Source of the DNA: a virus | Taxonomy: Duplodnaviria > Caudoviricetes | Length of the DNA: 64,000 nt | Direction: 5' to 3' (one strand) | Virus record (IMG/VR): IMGVR_UViG_3300032303_002590 | Translations under genes and position numbers: made by a program | Shown: positions 9,285 through 18,868 of the stretch, piece after piece | Position numbering within the stretch: position 1 is the first letter of the stretch | Layout of the letters: each line of letters starts with the position of its first letter | Notes under the pieces: model-generated | What the model saw: only the letters and a program-made list of their open reading frames with translations | Told to the model about the DNA's origin: nothing | Databases searched by the model: none

Positions 9285-9899
9285 ATGAGCAAATTAGACT
9301 TAAAAAACATAATTAAAGAAAGTATTACTGATTACTTATCAGAATTAAACTCCGTTAATGAAAATGATCCTGCTGTGCCATCTGATTCTACAGGTATGGC
9401 TTTGGATATGATAAATAAAACTCCAACACAAACTACAAGTGGAAATCCTCTTAGAGAAAAATCTCCAGATATCGTATTAGAAAATAATATTTCTAAAGAC
9501 GGTAAACTTTATTTAGTTAAAGAAGCTTTAAATGAATCAACTGATTCAAATATGATAGAGGAAAAACTACTATTAGACTTGATTGGTGAAGGATATACTG
9601 GTGTTTTTAATGATAAAAACAAAGCCATGGCTCATAGTAAAAAAGCTCTTAAAGAGAGAGATTTACTAATGAAAGAAAATGTTAAAAAAGGTCAAGCTAA
9701 AATTGGTGGTTTAGAAAAACAAGTAGCTGATTTAAAAGCTCAAATGCAAAAATTAATTGATAGTCCTGAAATGAGAGGTGAATTATCAAACTATACTGCT
9801 AAATTAGAAAAAACTGAACAAGTATTAGAAAAATTAAAAGCAGCAATAGAAAAATCTTCTCCTAAAAAAGCAAAGAAAGAAACTAAAGATGATGAATAA
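9285..9899 (+). CDS. Putative internal head protein, coiled coil
   Basis: MSKLDLKNIIKES leader; coiled-coil C-terminus. Confidence 0.5.
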   Translation: MSKLDLKNIIKESITDYLSELNSVNENDPAVPSDSTGMALDMINKTPTQTTSGNPLREKSPDIVLENNISKDGKLYLVKEALNESTDSNMIEEKLLLDLIGEGYTGVFNDKNKAMAHSKKALKERDLLMKENVKKGQAKIGGLEKQVADLKAQMQKLIDSPEMRGELSNYTAKLEKTEQVLEKLKAAIEKSSPKKAKKETKDDE

Positions 9900-11292
9900 T
9901 CTTGAACTTTTAAAAAATCATTTATATAAGTTAATTAAAGAGGAACTTGAAGGTGGTGAAGAGGAAAAACAAGCAGGACTTGAAAAAGCTCTGTATGATT
10001 TAGTACTTGAACCTGCTGATTTGCAAGCCACTTTATCAGCATTATCCGATATCAAAAATTATGGTATTTATGCTAATAATTTAAGAGATCCTAAAATTAT
10101 TGCTAAAATATTTGGTCCACCTGTACCTGCAACTAAAGGTAGAGTAGCTAAAGAAACTTGGGACCAAAGTAATGAAAACGAAAGACTTTCCAAAATAATT
10201 GATATTAAAAGTAGAGTACCACAAGAATGGACTAAAGTAGAACAACAGCTACAAAGCAAATTCGATGATTGGTCTGTTGAAAATGATAACGATTCATTTA
10301 ATGAATTTATAATTACATTAGATTCTAAAGAATTACCAATGGATTTCTTTGGTAAATATGCTTCTACATTTTATCCAATGAAAACACCTGATAACTTGAA
10401 AAAGTATAGTGGTGTAATGGCTAAAGATAAAGATTTTGTTGTTAATGGAGATAAAATTATTTTCCCACAAAAGAAAAACCCATTTGAAACTAAAGATTAC
10501 TTAACTAAAGTACTTAAAACTATAATGGGTAATGCTAAACTACAATATAGCTTATCCCAACAAGAATCAGAAGGTCAACCAGCAACTACTTCAAATACAC
10601 AAGGTAAAGTTGAAAAAATTAACTTCGTTAAAACATTTGACTCACCTGAATTAGCAGCTAAATTTAAAAAATTAATACCAAAAGATTTTGCTGAAAAAAC
10701 TACTATTGAAGGTAATAAAATCACAGTATCCGATATAACAGACTCACAAAAGAAAAATTTAATAGCTGCTGCATTAAAATTTGCAGAATCACAACCTAAA
10801 AAGAAACCAATGAAAGAATCATTAAAAGAACAAATATCTCAAATGGTAAGAGAGGTATTGATTGAAAAAAAATTAACTAAAGCACAACTTGTAGCTAGAG
10901 ATAAAGAAGGAAAAGATATTAAAAAGAAAAATCCTAAAATGCCCGAAGGTGAAGCTTTTGCTATTGCTACTAAAAATGTAGAAAAGAAAAAAGCTGTAAA
11001 AGAGGATTTAGATTCTGCTTTATCTAAATTAGTTAAAGATGATGATGCTTCTGAATTAGTAGCTCTTATAAAAAATTTACCAAATGCAGCTAGAGAAAAA
11101 GTAGCTCAAATGCTTAAAATAGATTTAAGTAAAGGAGAAATGGAAGAAGCTCGTTTTCCAAAAGGAACAGACATTGGTAAAAAAGGACCTGGATTTAAAG
11201 CTGTAGAAAAAGCTGCTGAAAAAGAATATGGTTCAAAAGAAGCAGGACAAAAAGTAGCAGGTGCTATACTTAAAAAAGTAATGAAAAAATAA
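9889..11292 (+). CDS. Putative internal head (poly)protein
   Basis: LYKLIKEE leader; internal MKESLKEQI, VLIEK, AVKED and MEEAR segments. Confidence 0.5.
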   Translation: MMNNLELLKNHLYKLIKEELEGGEEEKQAGLEKALYDLVLEPADLQATLSALSDIKNYGIYANNLRDPKIIAKIFGPPVPATKGRVAKETWDQSNENERLSKIIDIKSRVPQEWTKVEQQLQSKFDDWSVENDNDSFNEFIITLDSKELPMDFFGKYASTFYPMKTPDNLKKYSGVMAKDKDFVVNGDKIIFPQKKNPFETKDYLTKVLKTIMGNAKLQYSLSQQESEGQPATTSNTQGKVEKINFVKTFDSPELAAKFKKLIPKDFAEKTTIEGNKITVSDITDSQKKNLIAAALKFAESQPKKKPMKESLKEQISQMVREVLIEKKLTKAQLVARDKEGKDIKKKNPKMPEGEAFAIATKNVEKKKAVKEDLDSALSKLVKDDDASELVALIKNLPNAAREKVAQMLKIDLSKGEMEEARFPKGTDIGKKGPGFKAVEKAAEKEYGSKEAGQKVAGAILKKVMKK

Positions 11293-11399
11293 TGTCAAAG
11301 TCAAGAAAAGTAGGTAAACAAAAACCTAACCACGGTAATCAAGTTAAAAGACAAAACGTTATTAAGAAAAACGAGCAAATTTTAACTAAATTAAAATAA
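11292..11399 (+). CDS. Small basic peptide (35 aa, MSKSRKVGKQKPNHGNQ...), not in the ORF track
   Basis: TAATG-coupled; ends 1 nt before the next ATG. Confidence 0.55.
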   Translation: MSKSRKVGKQKPNHGNQVKRQNVIKKNEQILTKLK

Positions 11400-11400
11400 C

Positions 11401-11661
11401 ATGACAGAATCTACATTACGATACTTAATCAGAGAAGCAATAGAAGAAATTCATTTACAAAAACTATCTGAAAAATCTACTAATCCAACAGATAAAGTAA
11501 CTTTGGATATTCCACTTTTTATTCGTATGTTAGAATATGCGAGAGAGGATGCTCAAACTGATATGGATTTACATGATGTAACTGAAAAAACTATTGCTTT
11601 AAGCGCTAAAGGGAGAACTTTAACTATGGCTGACTATAATAAAATAGTAAGTAAAAAGTGA
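11401..11661 (+). CDS. Hypothetical protein with LRYLIRE leader
   Basis: MTESTLRYLIREAIEE; DIPLFIRMLEYARED domain. Confidence 0.6.
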   Translation: MTESTLRYLIREAIEEIHLQKLSEKSTNPTDKVTLDIPLFIRMLEYAREDAQTDMDLHDVTEKTIALSAKGRTLTMADYNKIVSKK

Positions 11662-11996
11662 TTAAATTAAGTCAATTAATAAACGAAATGGATTGTTGGG
11701 ATGGTAAAAAAATAGGCAATCCCAAAACTAAAATATCTTCTAAAACAGGTAAAAGAGTAAATAATTGTGTACCTATTAAAGAGGAAGAAGAAACATCTCA
11801 ATTAAATTTTCCTGATGGTTTTCAACCTGCAAAATCTGTTCCTCAAGGAGGAGCAATGTGTGCTAATTGTGCTAAATGGGATGAAAAAAATCAAGTTTGT
11901 AAAGGACAATACTATATTGAATGGAATGGTAATGGTGAAATACCTGCCGATCATACAGAATACGTTTGTATTTGGTGGGTAGATAAAAGAAAATAA
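11658..11996 (+). CDS. Cys-rich hypothetical protein with MIKLSQLINE leader
   Basis: CWDG...VNNCVP module and CANC...C...CIWW module. Confidence 0.6.
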   Translation: MIKLSQLINEMDCWDGKKIGNPKTKISSKTGKRVNNCVPIKEEEETSQLNFPDGFQPAKSVPQGGAMCANCAKWDEKNQVCKGQYYIEWNGNGEIPADHTEYVCIWWVDKRK

Positions 11997-11998
11997 TT

Positions 11999-12343
11999 AT
12001 GATATCATTAAAAAATTTATTAAACGAAGGTACTCTAGATAAAATATTCCACTTAGATGGAATATTAATTGTAGACGATACTAATAGAAATCAAAAAGAT
12101 ATTCTATCTGATGTTCGTTCTTTACCTGGTATTACAGTAGTAAGAAACGTAGAGATGGAACAAGATGCTACTTCACGTTATTTTAGAAGTAGACTAGAAA
12201 TAAAAATTGATCCTTACCCATACGTTAAACAAGATAAATTTGATCCTACAGATACTATCCAAGTAATATCAGATAATATTAGAAAAATACCTGGAGTAAT
12301 AGGATTTAAAGAACAAGGAGACGTAACAACAACACAAGACTAA
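11999..12343 (+). CDS. Hypothetical protein with MISLKNLLNE leader
   Basis: ORF in operon; leader motif. Confidence 0.6.
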   Translation: MISLKNLLNEGTLDKIFHLDGILIVDDTNRNQKDILSDVRSLPGITVVRNVEMEQDATSRYFRSRLEIKIDPYPYVKQDKFDPTDTIQVISDNIRKIPGVIGFKEQGDVTTTQD

Positions 12344-12346
12344 ATC

Positions 12347-12637
12347 ATGACTAAATTAGAACTTAAAAAATTGATAAAAGAAACCATATTAAATGAAATG
12401 GTTAATACCCATCCAGTACATAAAAGTATTAATAATAAATTAATGCAAATTGCTAATCGTGAAAAAATGAATAGCGATGAAGACAAGGTTGTTGGGTATG
12501 TTTTTTGGGATAAACCCGAAGATCCTGAAAATTATCTTCAAACTAGAGTTTATTTAAATAAAAAAACAGGAGAAAGATATGTTAAACAAGTAGGTGATGG
12601 TGTAGGAGAAGATTTAAATCAACCACCAAATGACTAA
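12347..12637 (+). CDS. Hypothetical protein with MTKLELKKLIKE leader
   Basis: ORF in operon; leader motif. Confidence 0.6.
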   Translation: MTKLELKKLIKETILNEMVNTHPVHKSINNKLMQIANREKMNSDEDKVVGYVFWDKPEDPENYLQTRVYLNKKTGERYVKQVGDGVGEDLNQPPND

Positions 12638-14468
12638 ACTATCAATATTAAGAAGATTAATCAAAGAAGAGATTGAGGATTTCCAAAATTCTCAACCTTT
12701 GACTTTTGAAAGTGATCCATTAGAGTATATTCTTCAAAAGTATTCTTCATTAAATGATACATTAGAAGATTTAATGACACCACACTATAGAGATTTTATT
12801 TCTGGTGTATTTGTAATAGCTCCTAAACCAACTACATTTAGAGTTATACTTCATAATAAACAAGAATTTCTTTTAATTTATGGAGAAACTTGTTATACTG
12901 CTAAAATAGCAGGTAAAAAGTATTATTTAGAAAATTTATCTGAAGAAGAATTTGCTATTACTTCTATTGCTCAATTATTAGAACTAGGTTTACCTCCAGG
13001 AAGTACTGGACCTGAAAAACCAGAAGAAAACGAAGCAAACCCAACCGAAGAAAAACCAGCAGAAGAAGCACCAGAAGAAGAAACTAAACCAGAACCTGTA
13101 AAAGAAGGGGTAAAAAAAAACTTAAAATTCGTTATTAAGGAGGCAAGTTTATCACCTGCCGAATTAGAAAAACCATTTACTTCAAAATCCGAATTTAAAG
13201 ATCAATATAGTGATAGAGGTGAAAGATTTTTAGATAAAATAAAAAATCAACAACCTTTTGAATTAAATGATGGTACTCAAGTAGTTTTAGATCCTAAAGC
13301 AACTGCTGAAGCTATTAAAGATTTACAATCTAAAGATTACAAAACTTTAGGTAAAGGTAAAATCTTTATTGATACTGAAGGTAATGCTTATGGGTTATCT
13401 GCATTTAAAAAAACACCTGAATTTGGAAGTGGAGCAGGACAAGGTGGAGGAGCTGAAAATACTGATGTACAAGAATCTGCTCAAAGCGTAGTAAATTCTA
13501 TTGCCTATAAAATTTTAGGAAAAACTATTAAAGCTGAAGATTTAACACCTGAAAATTTAACCGCAGCATATGCTATAAGTGATGTTACTGCTGGATTAGA
13601 TTCTATTATAGAATATGTTACTACTAAAAAACAATGGACATCAACCTTTGTTAATACTGCAAATTTATTATTAAAAACTTTCCCAAGTAAATCTTTACAA
13701 CAACATAGAGGTTCTTCATTTGTAAAATCAATATATGGAGCATTTTCTGTTGCTAAAAAACAAGAAGGTAGTTCATTAAACAATGACAAATGGAACCCAG
13801 CTGATATTTGGATGGTAGATGAATCTATATTAGGAATGGAATTTCCAACTAATTTAGAAGAACTAAATGGAGTAATGGCTGATTTATATACTAATAAAAA
13901 ATTAATTGGTGTTTCATTAAAACAATTAGCCGGAGAAGGAGAAATTAAAGTCTATAATTTAGATAAGGAAGCTACTAAATCACATCAATATAAAGGATAC
14001 GAATCAAGAGCTACAAATAACAATACTGTTTTAAATTATGATGATGGATCTATTACATTCAGAACATTTAATTTTGCAGGTAATTTTGCAGGTGAAATAA
14101 AAGGTAAAAAAGCTGCTCATGGTAAAATAGGTCAGGGCCCTATTAATGATGTGTTAAAATTAAATGGGTTAACATTATTACCTAATGCTAAAGAAGTTCA
14201 AGATGGGTTTAAAAGCAATAATCAAAAGCTAATTGATGACTTTTATCAATCATATAAAGAAATAGTTGAAAATATTAACCCTGAACAATTTGATGAACTT
14301 GTAAAATCAAAAGATTTAAACTGGTTAACATCTAAGTATTTATCTACTAAATTAGCATTTATATTAAAATCATTAGAACCTGAAAAACAAAATGAAGTAA
14401 TATCAGATATGTTAAATTATGCTTCTTCATCAACAAAATCTAGTTCAGTATTTGTAAAAGTATCTTAG
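12630..14468 (+). CDS. Two-domain protein with C-terminal PD-(D/E)XK-like nuclease candidate
   Basis: LRRLIKEE leader; Pro/Glu linker; QESA...DKWNPADIW...LIGVSLK. Confidence 0.5.
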   Translation: MTKLSILRRLIKEEIEDFQNSQPLTFESDPLEYILQKYSSLNDTLEDLMTPHYRDFISGVFVIAPKPTTFRVILHNKQEFLLIYGETCYTAKIAGKKYYLENLSEEEFAITSIAQLLELGLPPGSTGPEKPEENEANPTEEKPAEEAPEEETKPEPVKEGVKKNLKFVIKEASLSPAELEKPFTSKSEFKDQYSDRGERFLDKIKNQQPFELNDGTQVVLDPKATAEAIKDLQSKDYKTLGKGKIFIDTEGNAYGLSAFKKTPEFGSGAGQGGGAENTDVQESAQSVVNSIAYKILGKTIKAEDLTPENLTAAYAISDVTAGLDSIIEYVTTKKQWTSTFVNTANLLLKTFPSKSLQQHRGSSFVKSIYGAFSVAKKQEGSSLNNDKWNPADIWMVDESILGMEFPTNLEELNGVMADLYTNKKLIGVSLKQLAGEGEIKVYNLDKEATKSHQYKGYESRATNNNTVLNYDDGSITFRTFNFAGNFAGEIKGKKAAHGKIGQGPINDVLKLNGLTLLPNAKEVQDGFKSNNQKLIDDFYQSYKEIVENINPEQFDELVKSKDLNWLTSKYLSTKLAFILKSLEPEKQNEVISDMLNYASSSTKSSSVFVKVS

Positions 14469-14490
14469 AATAAAAATAAATTAAATAAAG

Positions 14491-14522
14491 CTGCAACTCC
14501 ACTTGGATGTTGCAGTCTTTTT
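14491..14522 (+). terminator. Hairpin + T-run overlapping a class-2 promoter
   Basis: CTGCAAC...GTTGCAG followed by TCTTTTT. Confidence 0.65.
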
Positions 14523-14531
14523 ATGTATATT
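14503..14531 (+). promoter_or_regulatory. Class-2 promoter TTGG-N19-TATATT
   Basis: Conserved motif and spacing. Confidence 0.65.
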
Positions 14532-14554
14532 AATCCCTAGTAAAAATTTAAAAC

Positions 14555-15871
14555 ATGAGTAAAAAAATTGTAATTGTAGGTGCTGGTGTAGCAGGTATTA
14601 ATGCTGCAACTAAACTAGTAGATAACAACTATAAAGGTAAAATTACCATTATTGACATGGGTAAAGACCCACATAAAAGATTACCAAGTGAAGTAATGAC
14701 AGGAATGTTAGGAGCAGGAGGATGGTCTGATGGTAAATTAACTTATCATACTGCTATTGGTGGTCAATTAAAAAAATACTGTGGTGAAGAAAAAGCTATG
14801 GAGTTAATGGATCAAGTCATAACTAACTTTAAACGTTTTCATCCTAAACCTGAAGAAGTACAATGTTCAAATCCTGTTGCTGAACCTGACTTTATTAAAC
14901 CCCAATTTGGTTTACGTTTATTTCCTGTATGGCATGTAGGAACTGATTATCTATTAGAAATTGCTAAAAATTGGTATAAGTATTTAGTTGATAATGGTGT
15001 TGAATTTATGTGGGAAACTAAAGTATCTAATATTGATTTTAAAAAACAATTAGTTGATTTTCACCAAAATGATCTTAGATATACAGGTATGTATCATTAT
15101 GATGAACTCATATTTGGTGTAGGTAAATCAGGTATTGACTTTGGTAAAAAATTAGCTGAAAAATATAATCTACCAACTGAACCTAAATCAGTACAAATAG
15201 GTGTCCGTTTTGAAGCACCACAACATCACTTTCAAAAATTAATTGATGTATCTTATGACTTTAAGTTATATAGAAAATTTGATGATAAAGGAGTATCACT
15301 ACGTTCATTCTGTACTAATAATAATGCTGCTTATGTCGCTGTAGAAGAAACATACGGAAACTCTACTTACAACGGTCACGCTAAAAAAGACGAACGTTAT
15401 AGAAATGATATGACTAACTTTGGTATTATAATGGAGTTAAATGGTATTGAAGATCCATTTACTTGGAGTAGAGATGTTGTAAAACAACTTCAATCAATTG
15501 ATGATAAAGGTTTATATTACTCACCTTCAAGAAAACCATCATTAACTTCAGAAGGAGAACAAGTAGAAACTTTCCAAGTATCAGATGCCGATATGATTAG
15601 TGTAAGAAAAACATTTCAAGGTTACTTTAGATACATTGATGATTTTATTGATGATATGAAAAAAGTATTTCCTACATTAAAGGACGACTGGGGGATCTAT
15701 ATACCCGAGTGCAAATATCTTTCCCCAGAACCTCTTACAAATTATGAGGATTTATCCTTAACCAAATATCCCAATGTTCATTTTGTAGGGGATGCTTTAA
15801 GTGCAAGAGGAATCAGCGTTTCTGGAGGGCAGGGTATATATGTGGCTGAAAGTCTTTTAAAGAGAAATTAA
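14555..15871 (+). CDS. FAD-dependent oxidoreductase/dehydrogenase
   Basis: IVIVGAGVAG, GAGGWSDGKL, IGVRFE, RSFC, HFVGD. Confidence 0.85.
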   Translation: MSKKIVIVGAGVAGINAATKLVDNNYKGKITIIDMGKDPHKRLPSEVMTGMLGAGGWSDGKLTYHTAIGGQLKKYCGEEKAMELMDQVITNFKRFHPKPEEVQCSNPVAEPDFIKPQFGLRLFPVWHVGTDYLLEIAKNWYKYLVDNGVEFMWETKVSNIDFKKQLVDFHQNDLRYTGMYHYDELIFGVGKSGIDFGKKLAEKYNLPTEPKSVQIGVRFEAPQHHFQKLIDVSYDFKLYRKFDDKGVSLRSFCTNNNAAYVAVEETYGNSTYNGHAKKDERYRNDMTNFGIIMELNGIEDPFTWSRDVVKQLQSIDDKGLYYSPSRKPSLTSEGEQVETFQVSDADMISVRKTFQGYFRYIDDFIDDMKKVFPTLKDDWGIYIPECKYLSPEPLTNYEDLSLTKYPNVHFVGDALSARGISVSGGQGIYVAESLLKRN

Positions 15872-15890
15872 TTTTAATGTCTGGGACGTA

Positions 15891-15898
15891 TATTTATA
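15891..15898 (+). promoter_or_regulatory. Late-promoter-like TATTTATA
   Basis: Recurrent motif upstream of a homing endonuclease. Confidence 0.55.
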
Positions 15899-15912
15899 AT
15901 AAAATATAACAT

Positions 15913-16563
15913 ATGCGTCCTTACATTTACTTAGTTAAAAATCAATATAATATTATAGTTTATATTGGTCAACAAATAGGAACTAAATCCTTATTAGAAT
16001 ATAAAGGGTCTGGTTTATTATTAAATAGAGCCTATAAAAAATATGGAGAAGATAAATTTACAAGAGAAATAATTGAATATTGTGATATTGATGAATTAAA
16101 TAGTAATGAAAAATTCTATATAAAATATTATAATACTAAATTTCCTCATGGTTATAATTTAACTGACGGTGGAGATGGGAATAAAGGTTTAAAATTTACT
16201 AAAGAGCAAAAGCAAAAAATTAGTCAAAATAAAAAGGGACACGAATGTTATTCTAACCCTGAAAGGGGAGAAAAAATAAGACAATCTAAATTAGGCAAAA
16301 CCCACACACAAGAAACTAAAGATAAGATTATTAAAACCAAAGCCTCTAAACATAACATAACCCCAGACCTAAATTTAAAAGGGCAATATAAAAGTAACTC
16401 ACAAAAATCTATAAAACAATACAATTTAGAAAATCAGTTAATTAATGAATATCAATCAGCCCAAGAAGCAGGAAGATGTTTAGGGAAATCAGGAAATCAA
16501 ATAGCAGATTGCGCCTCAGGTAGACAAAAAACAGCTTACGGATTCACTTGGAAATACAAATAA
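15913..16563 (+). mobile_element. Free-standing GIY-YIG homing endonuclease (Seg-like; NUMOD3/NUMOD1-type DNA-binding modules)
   Basis: YIY...YIGQ, YKGSG, GYNLTDGGDG, GKTHTQETKDKI, YQSAQEA...TAYGFTWKY. Confidence 0.85.
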
Positions 16564-16576
16564 TTTTTATTATATT
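16548..16576 (+). promoter_or_regulatory. Class-2 promoter TTGG-N19-TATATT (upstream box lies inside the endonuclease 3' end)
   Basis: Conserved motif and spacing. Confidence 0.55.
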
Positions 16577-16582
16577 AGACAC

Positions 16583-16825
16583 ATGGAAGAACAAGATTAT
16601 AAATCAAGAACACTAACCACTGAAGATGGTAGAACTATCATTTATTTTGATGGTAAACTACATTCATGGGATGGACCAGCATTAAGATATGCTAAGGAAT
16701 TAAAGAAAAAAGATGAATATTATTTATATGGGTTTCAGTACACTAAAGAAGAATGGTTAGAAGCACGTAGAGATAGACATGGAGTACCACCAGATAAAAA
16801 TCCACAAGTAACATCAAGATTTTAA
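16583..16825 (+). CDS. Hypothetical protein (GKLHSWDGPA motif)
   Basis: LHxxDGPA-type phage motif. Confidence 0.65.
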   Translation: MEEQDYKSRTLTTEDGRTIIYFDGKLHSWDGPALRYAKELKKKDEYYLYGFQYTKEEWLEARRDRHGVPPDKNPQVTSRF

Positions 16826-16833
16826 TATTTATT
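16826..16833 (+). promoter_or_regulatory. Late-promoter-like TATTTATT
   Basis: Recurrent motif. Confidence 0.55.
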
Positions 16834-16855
16834 ATTATAACCAAAAAATTAAAAA

Positions 16856-16915
16856 ATGGAAAACACATTTAATTTAAAATCATTCCTTGCTGAAGGGAAA
16901 TTACTAAAAGAAGAA
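16856..16915 (+). repeat. 60-bp leader cassette, copy 2
   Basis: Encodes MENTFNLKSFLAEGKLLKEE. Confidence 0.95.
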
Positions 16916-17194
16916 ATTCAAAACCTAGAACCTAAAATTCAAGCCTTTAAAAATTATGCAGAACCTAAAGTAGAAGACTTTAGAGACTTTTTACTATTTC
17001 TTGCTGAAGGTATGGGACATCACCAAGATTTTACTAAATATTCTGATATTGACTTAATCAAAATGGCTATTGAATTTGATGAGGAAGAATCAGGAAATGA
17101 CTGGTTAGAAGATAACTATGGAATTGATGTGTTAGATGGAGAGATAGCTTCATATAATGATGAAATAGAAACTTCTGGTAAAAGAGAAAGATAA
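16856..17194 (+). CDS. Acidic MENTFNLK-leader protein
   Basis: Leader cassette; D/E-rich body. Confidence 0.75.
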   Translation: MENTFNLKSFLAEGKLLKEEIQNLEPKIQAFKNYAEPKVEDFRDFLLFLAEGMGHHQDFTKYSDIDLIKMAIEFDEEESGNDWLEDNYGIDVLDGEIASYNDEIETSGKRER

Positions 17195-17207
17195 TTTCAA
17201 CTTACAC

Positions 17208-17253
17208 ACAAACTAATTTGGCTCCTTAAAGGAGCCTTATTACATTATATAAA
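17208..17253 (+). repeat. 46-bp hairpin/class-2 promoter element, copy A (TTGG 17218, TACATT 17241)
   Basis: 41/46 identical to 56545-56590; GGCTCCT-TAA-AGGAGCC stem. Confidence 0.85.
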
Positions 17254-17274
17254 TAAAACTAATAAAAACAAGTT

Positions 17275-17805
17275 ATGAAAATCGGATTAACAGGAACCAT
17301 GTCATGTGGCAAAACTACTTTAGTTAATGCTTTAAAAGAGCTACCACAATTTAAAGATTATCACTTTGCTACTGAACGTAGTAAATATTTAAGAGATTTA
17401 GGTATTCCATTAAATACTGATTCTACATTAAAAGGTCAAACTGTATTTTTAGCAGAACGTTGTGCTGAATTAATACATGAAAATTTAATTACTGATAGAA
17501 CAGTTATTGATGTAATGGCTTTTACACAAGCTGCTAAATCAATTAATTCGACTGATAAAATTTCATATGAAGAATATGCTCGTAATTTTATTGGAGAATA
17601 CGATTATATTTTTTATGTTTCTCCTGATGGAGTAGAAATAGAAGATAATGGAGTAAGAGAAACTAATTCAGAATACAGAGATCAAATTGACTTTATTATT
17701 AGAGATACTCTTAAATCCTATAATCATAGATTAAAGTGTTATACACCTATAAAAGGTAATACTAAACAACGTATTAAACAAATATTAGAAACCATTTCTT
17801 TGTAA
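17275..17805 (+). CDS. NadR/Ttd14-like (AAA_28) P-loop kinase/ATPase
   Basis: GLTGTMSCGKTT, ITDRTVID, YDYIFY, IEDNGVR. Confidence 0.75.
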   Translation: MKIGLTGTMSCGKTTLVNALKELPQFKDYHFATERSKYLRDLGIPLNTDSTLKGQTVFLAERCAELIHENLITDRTVIDVMAFTQAAKSINSTDKISYEEYARNFIGEYDYIFYVSPDGVEIEDNGVRETNSEYRDQIDFIIRDTLKSYNHRLKCYTPIKGNTKQRIKQILETISL

Positions 17806-17813
17806 TATTTATA
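17806..17813 (+). promoter_or_regulatory. Late-promoter-like TATTTATA
   Basis: Recurrent motif. Confidence 0.6.
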
Positions 17814-17842
17814 TCAAAACACTAATCTAAAAAATATTAAAC

Positions 17843-18805
17843 ATGAACATTAACGATAATTTTGATTTACGTAAACATAGAGATGCTTTATTAGCTGAAT
17901 CAACAATTAATGAAAGATTTGCTGACAAAATATATGATGTAAATCCTTTAACAGGTGAAAAAGAAAGAGTAATCTACGAAAATGATTTTGAAGTATCTAG
18001 AATGGGTATCTTTGATGATATTGATGGAGATTTAGAATATGAAGATGATAGAATAGGATACTTAGACGCTATTATCAAATATTGTACTAAACAAATGGAA
18101 GATATAGGTAATGATAATGGTGGGTTAGATGATATTGATTCTTCGGATGAAGAAGTTCCTCTAGAAGAAATGGCTAAATTAACTGGTGCTGGAGGTGTTT
18201 TTACAACTTTAGGAAAAAGAGCAGCTGATATTATCCAAAATAACCCGGAATTAGAAAAATCAGCTCTATTAAAAGCTTTAAATTCAGATCCTGAAATTGC
18301 TCAAATTTTAGATGCTAGTGAAGAAGAATTACATCAAAACCAAACAAATAAATTTGCTGCTTTAGTTCGTGGTTCAAGAGAATTAGGACAAAGAGGTAGA
18401 AAAGCAGATCCAAATAAACCAGCTGCTGAACCAAAAGCAAAAGTAGAAAAACCAACTTCACAAAAATTAAAAATAACTAACCCAAAAGCTAACGAAAAAC
18501 CTGTTTCTACAGTATTTGGTGGTGAAGAAAATGATGCCGAAGATATTGCTGATGAAATGGCTGCAACAAGAGCTGCTAAGGGTAATAAAAGATTAGGTAC
18601 GGCTGCTGAAAAATTAGCTCAAGTAACTAAAGAAATGAAAGCTTTAGTTCCTGCTTATCAAGCTGCTAAAGGTACTCCTAAAGAAGCTGCTATTGTAGCT
18701 CAATTAAAAGCTTTAACTGCTGAGAAAAAATCATTAGAAGCTAAAGTATACAAAGAACCAAAAGCATTAAGTGCTGCTGATTTGATGGGTGGAGAAGAAA
18801 TATAA
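17843..18805 (+). CDS. Putative internal head protein (acidic N-half, Ala/Lys-rich C-half)
   Basis: NFDLRKHRDALLAES leader variant; PLEEMAK junction. Confidence 0.5.
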   Translation: MNINDNFDLRKHRDALLAESTINERFADKIYDVNPLTGEKERVIYENDFEVSRMGIFDDIDGDLEYEDDRIGYLDAIIKYCTKQMEDIGNDNGGLDDIDSSDEEVPLEEMAKLTGAGGVFTTLGKRAADIIQNNPELEKSALLKALNSDPEIAQILDASEEELHQNQTNKFAALVRGSRELGQRGRKADPNKPAAEPKAKVEKPTSQKLKITNPKANEKPVSTVFGGEENDAEDIADEMAATRAAKGNKRLGTAAEKLAQVTKEMKALVPAYQAAKGTPKEAAIVAQLKALTAEKKSLEAKVYKEPKALSAADLMGGEEI

Positions 18806-18830
18806 TTAAAAAAATTAATAAATTTAAATT

Positions 18831-18856
18831 AGCCTAACTTAAAATGTTAGGCTTTT
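18831..18856 (+). terminator. Rho-independent terminator
   Basis: AGCCTAAC-7nt-GTTAGGCT-TTT. Confidence 0.75.
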
Positions 18857-18868
18857 ATCTCCTTTATA

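Noticed and set aside
15872-16582. Group I intron around the GIY-YIG gene (likewise the HNH gene at 57989)
   Set aside because: Flanking genes end with intact C-terminal motifs and the spacers are too short for an intron core, so the endonucleases are free-standing.
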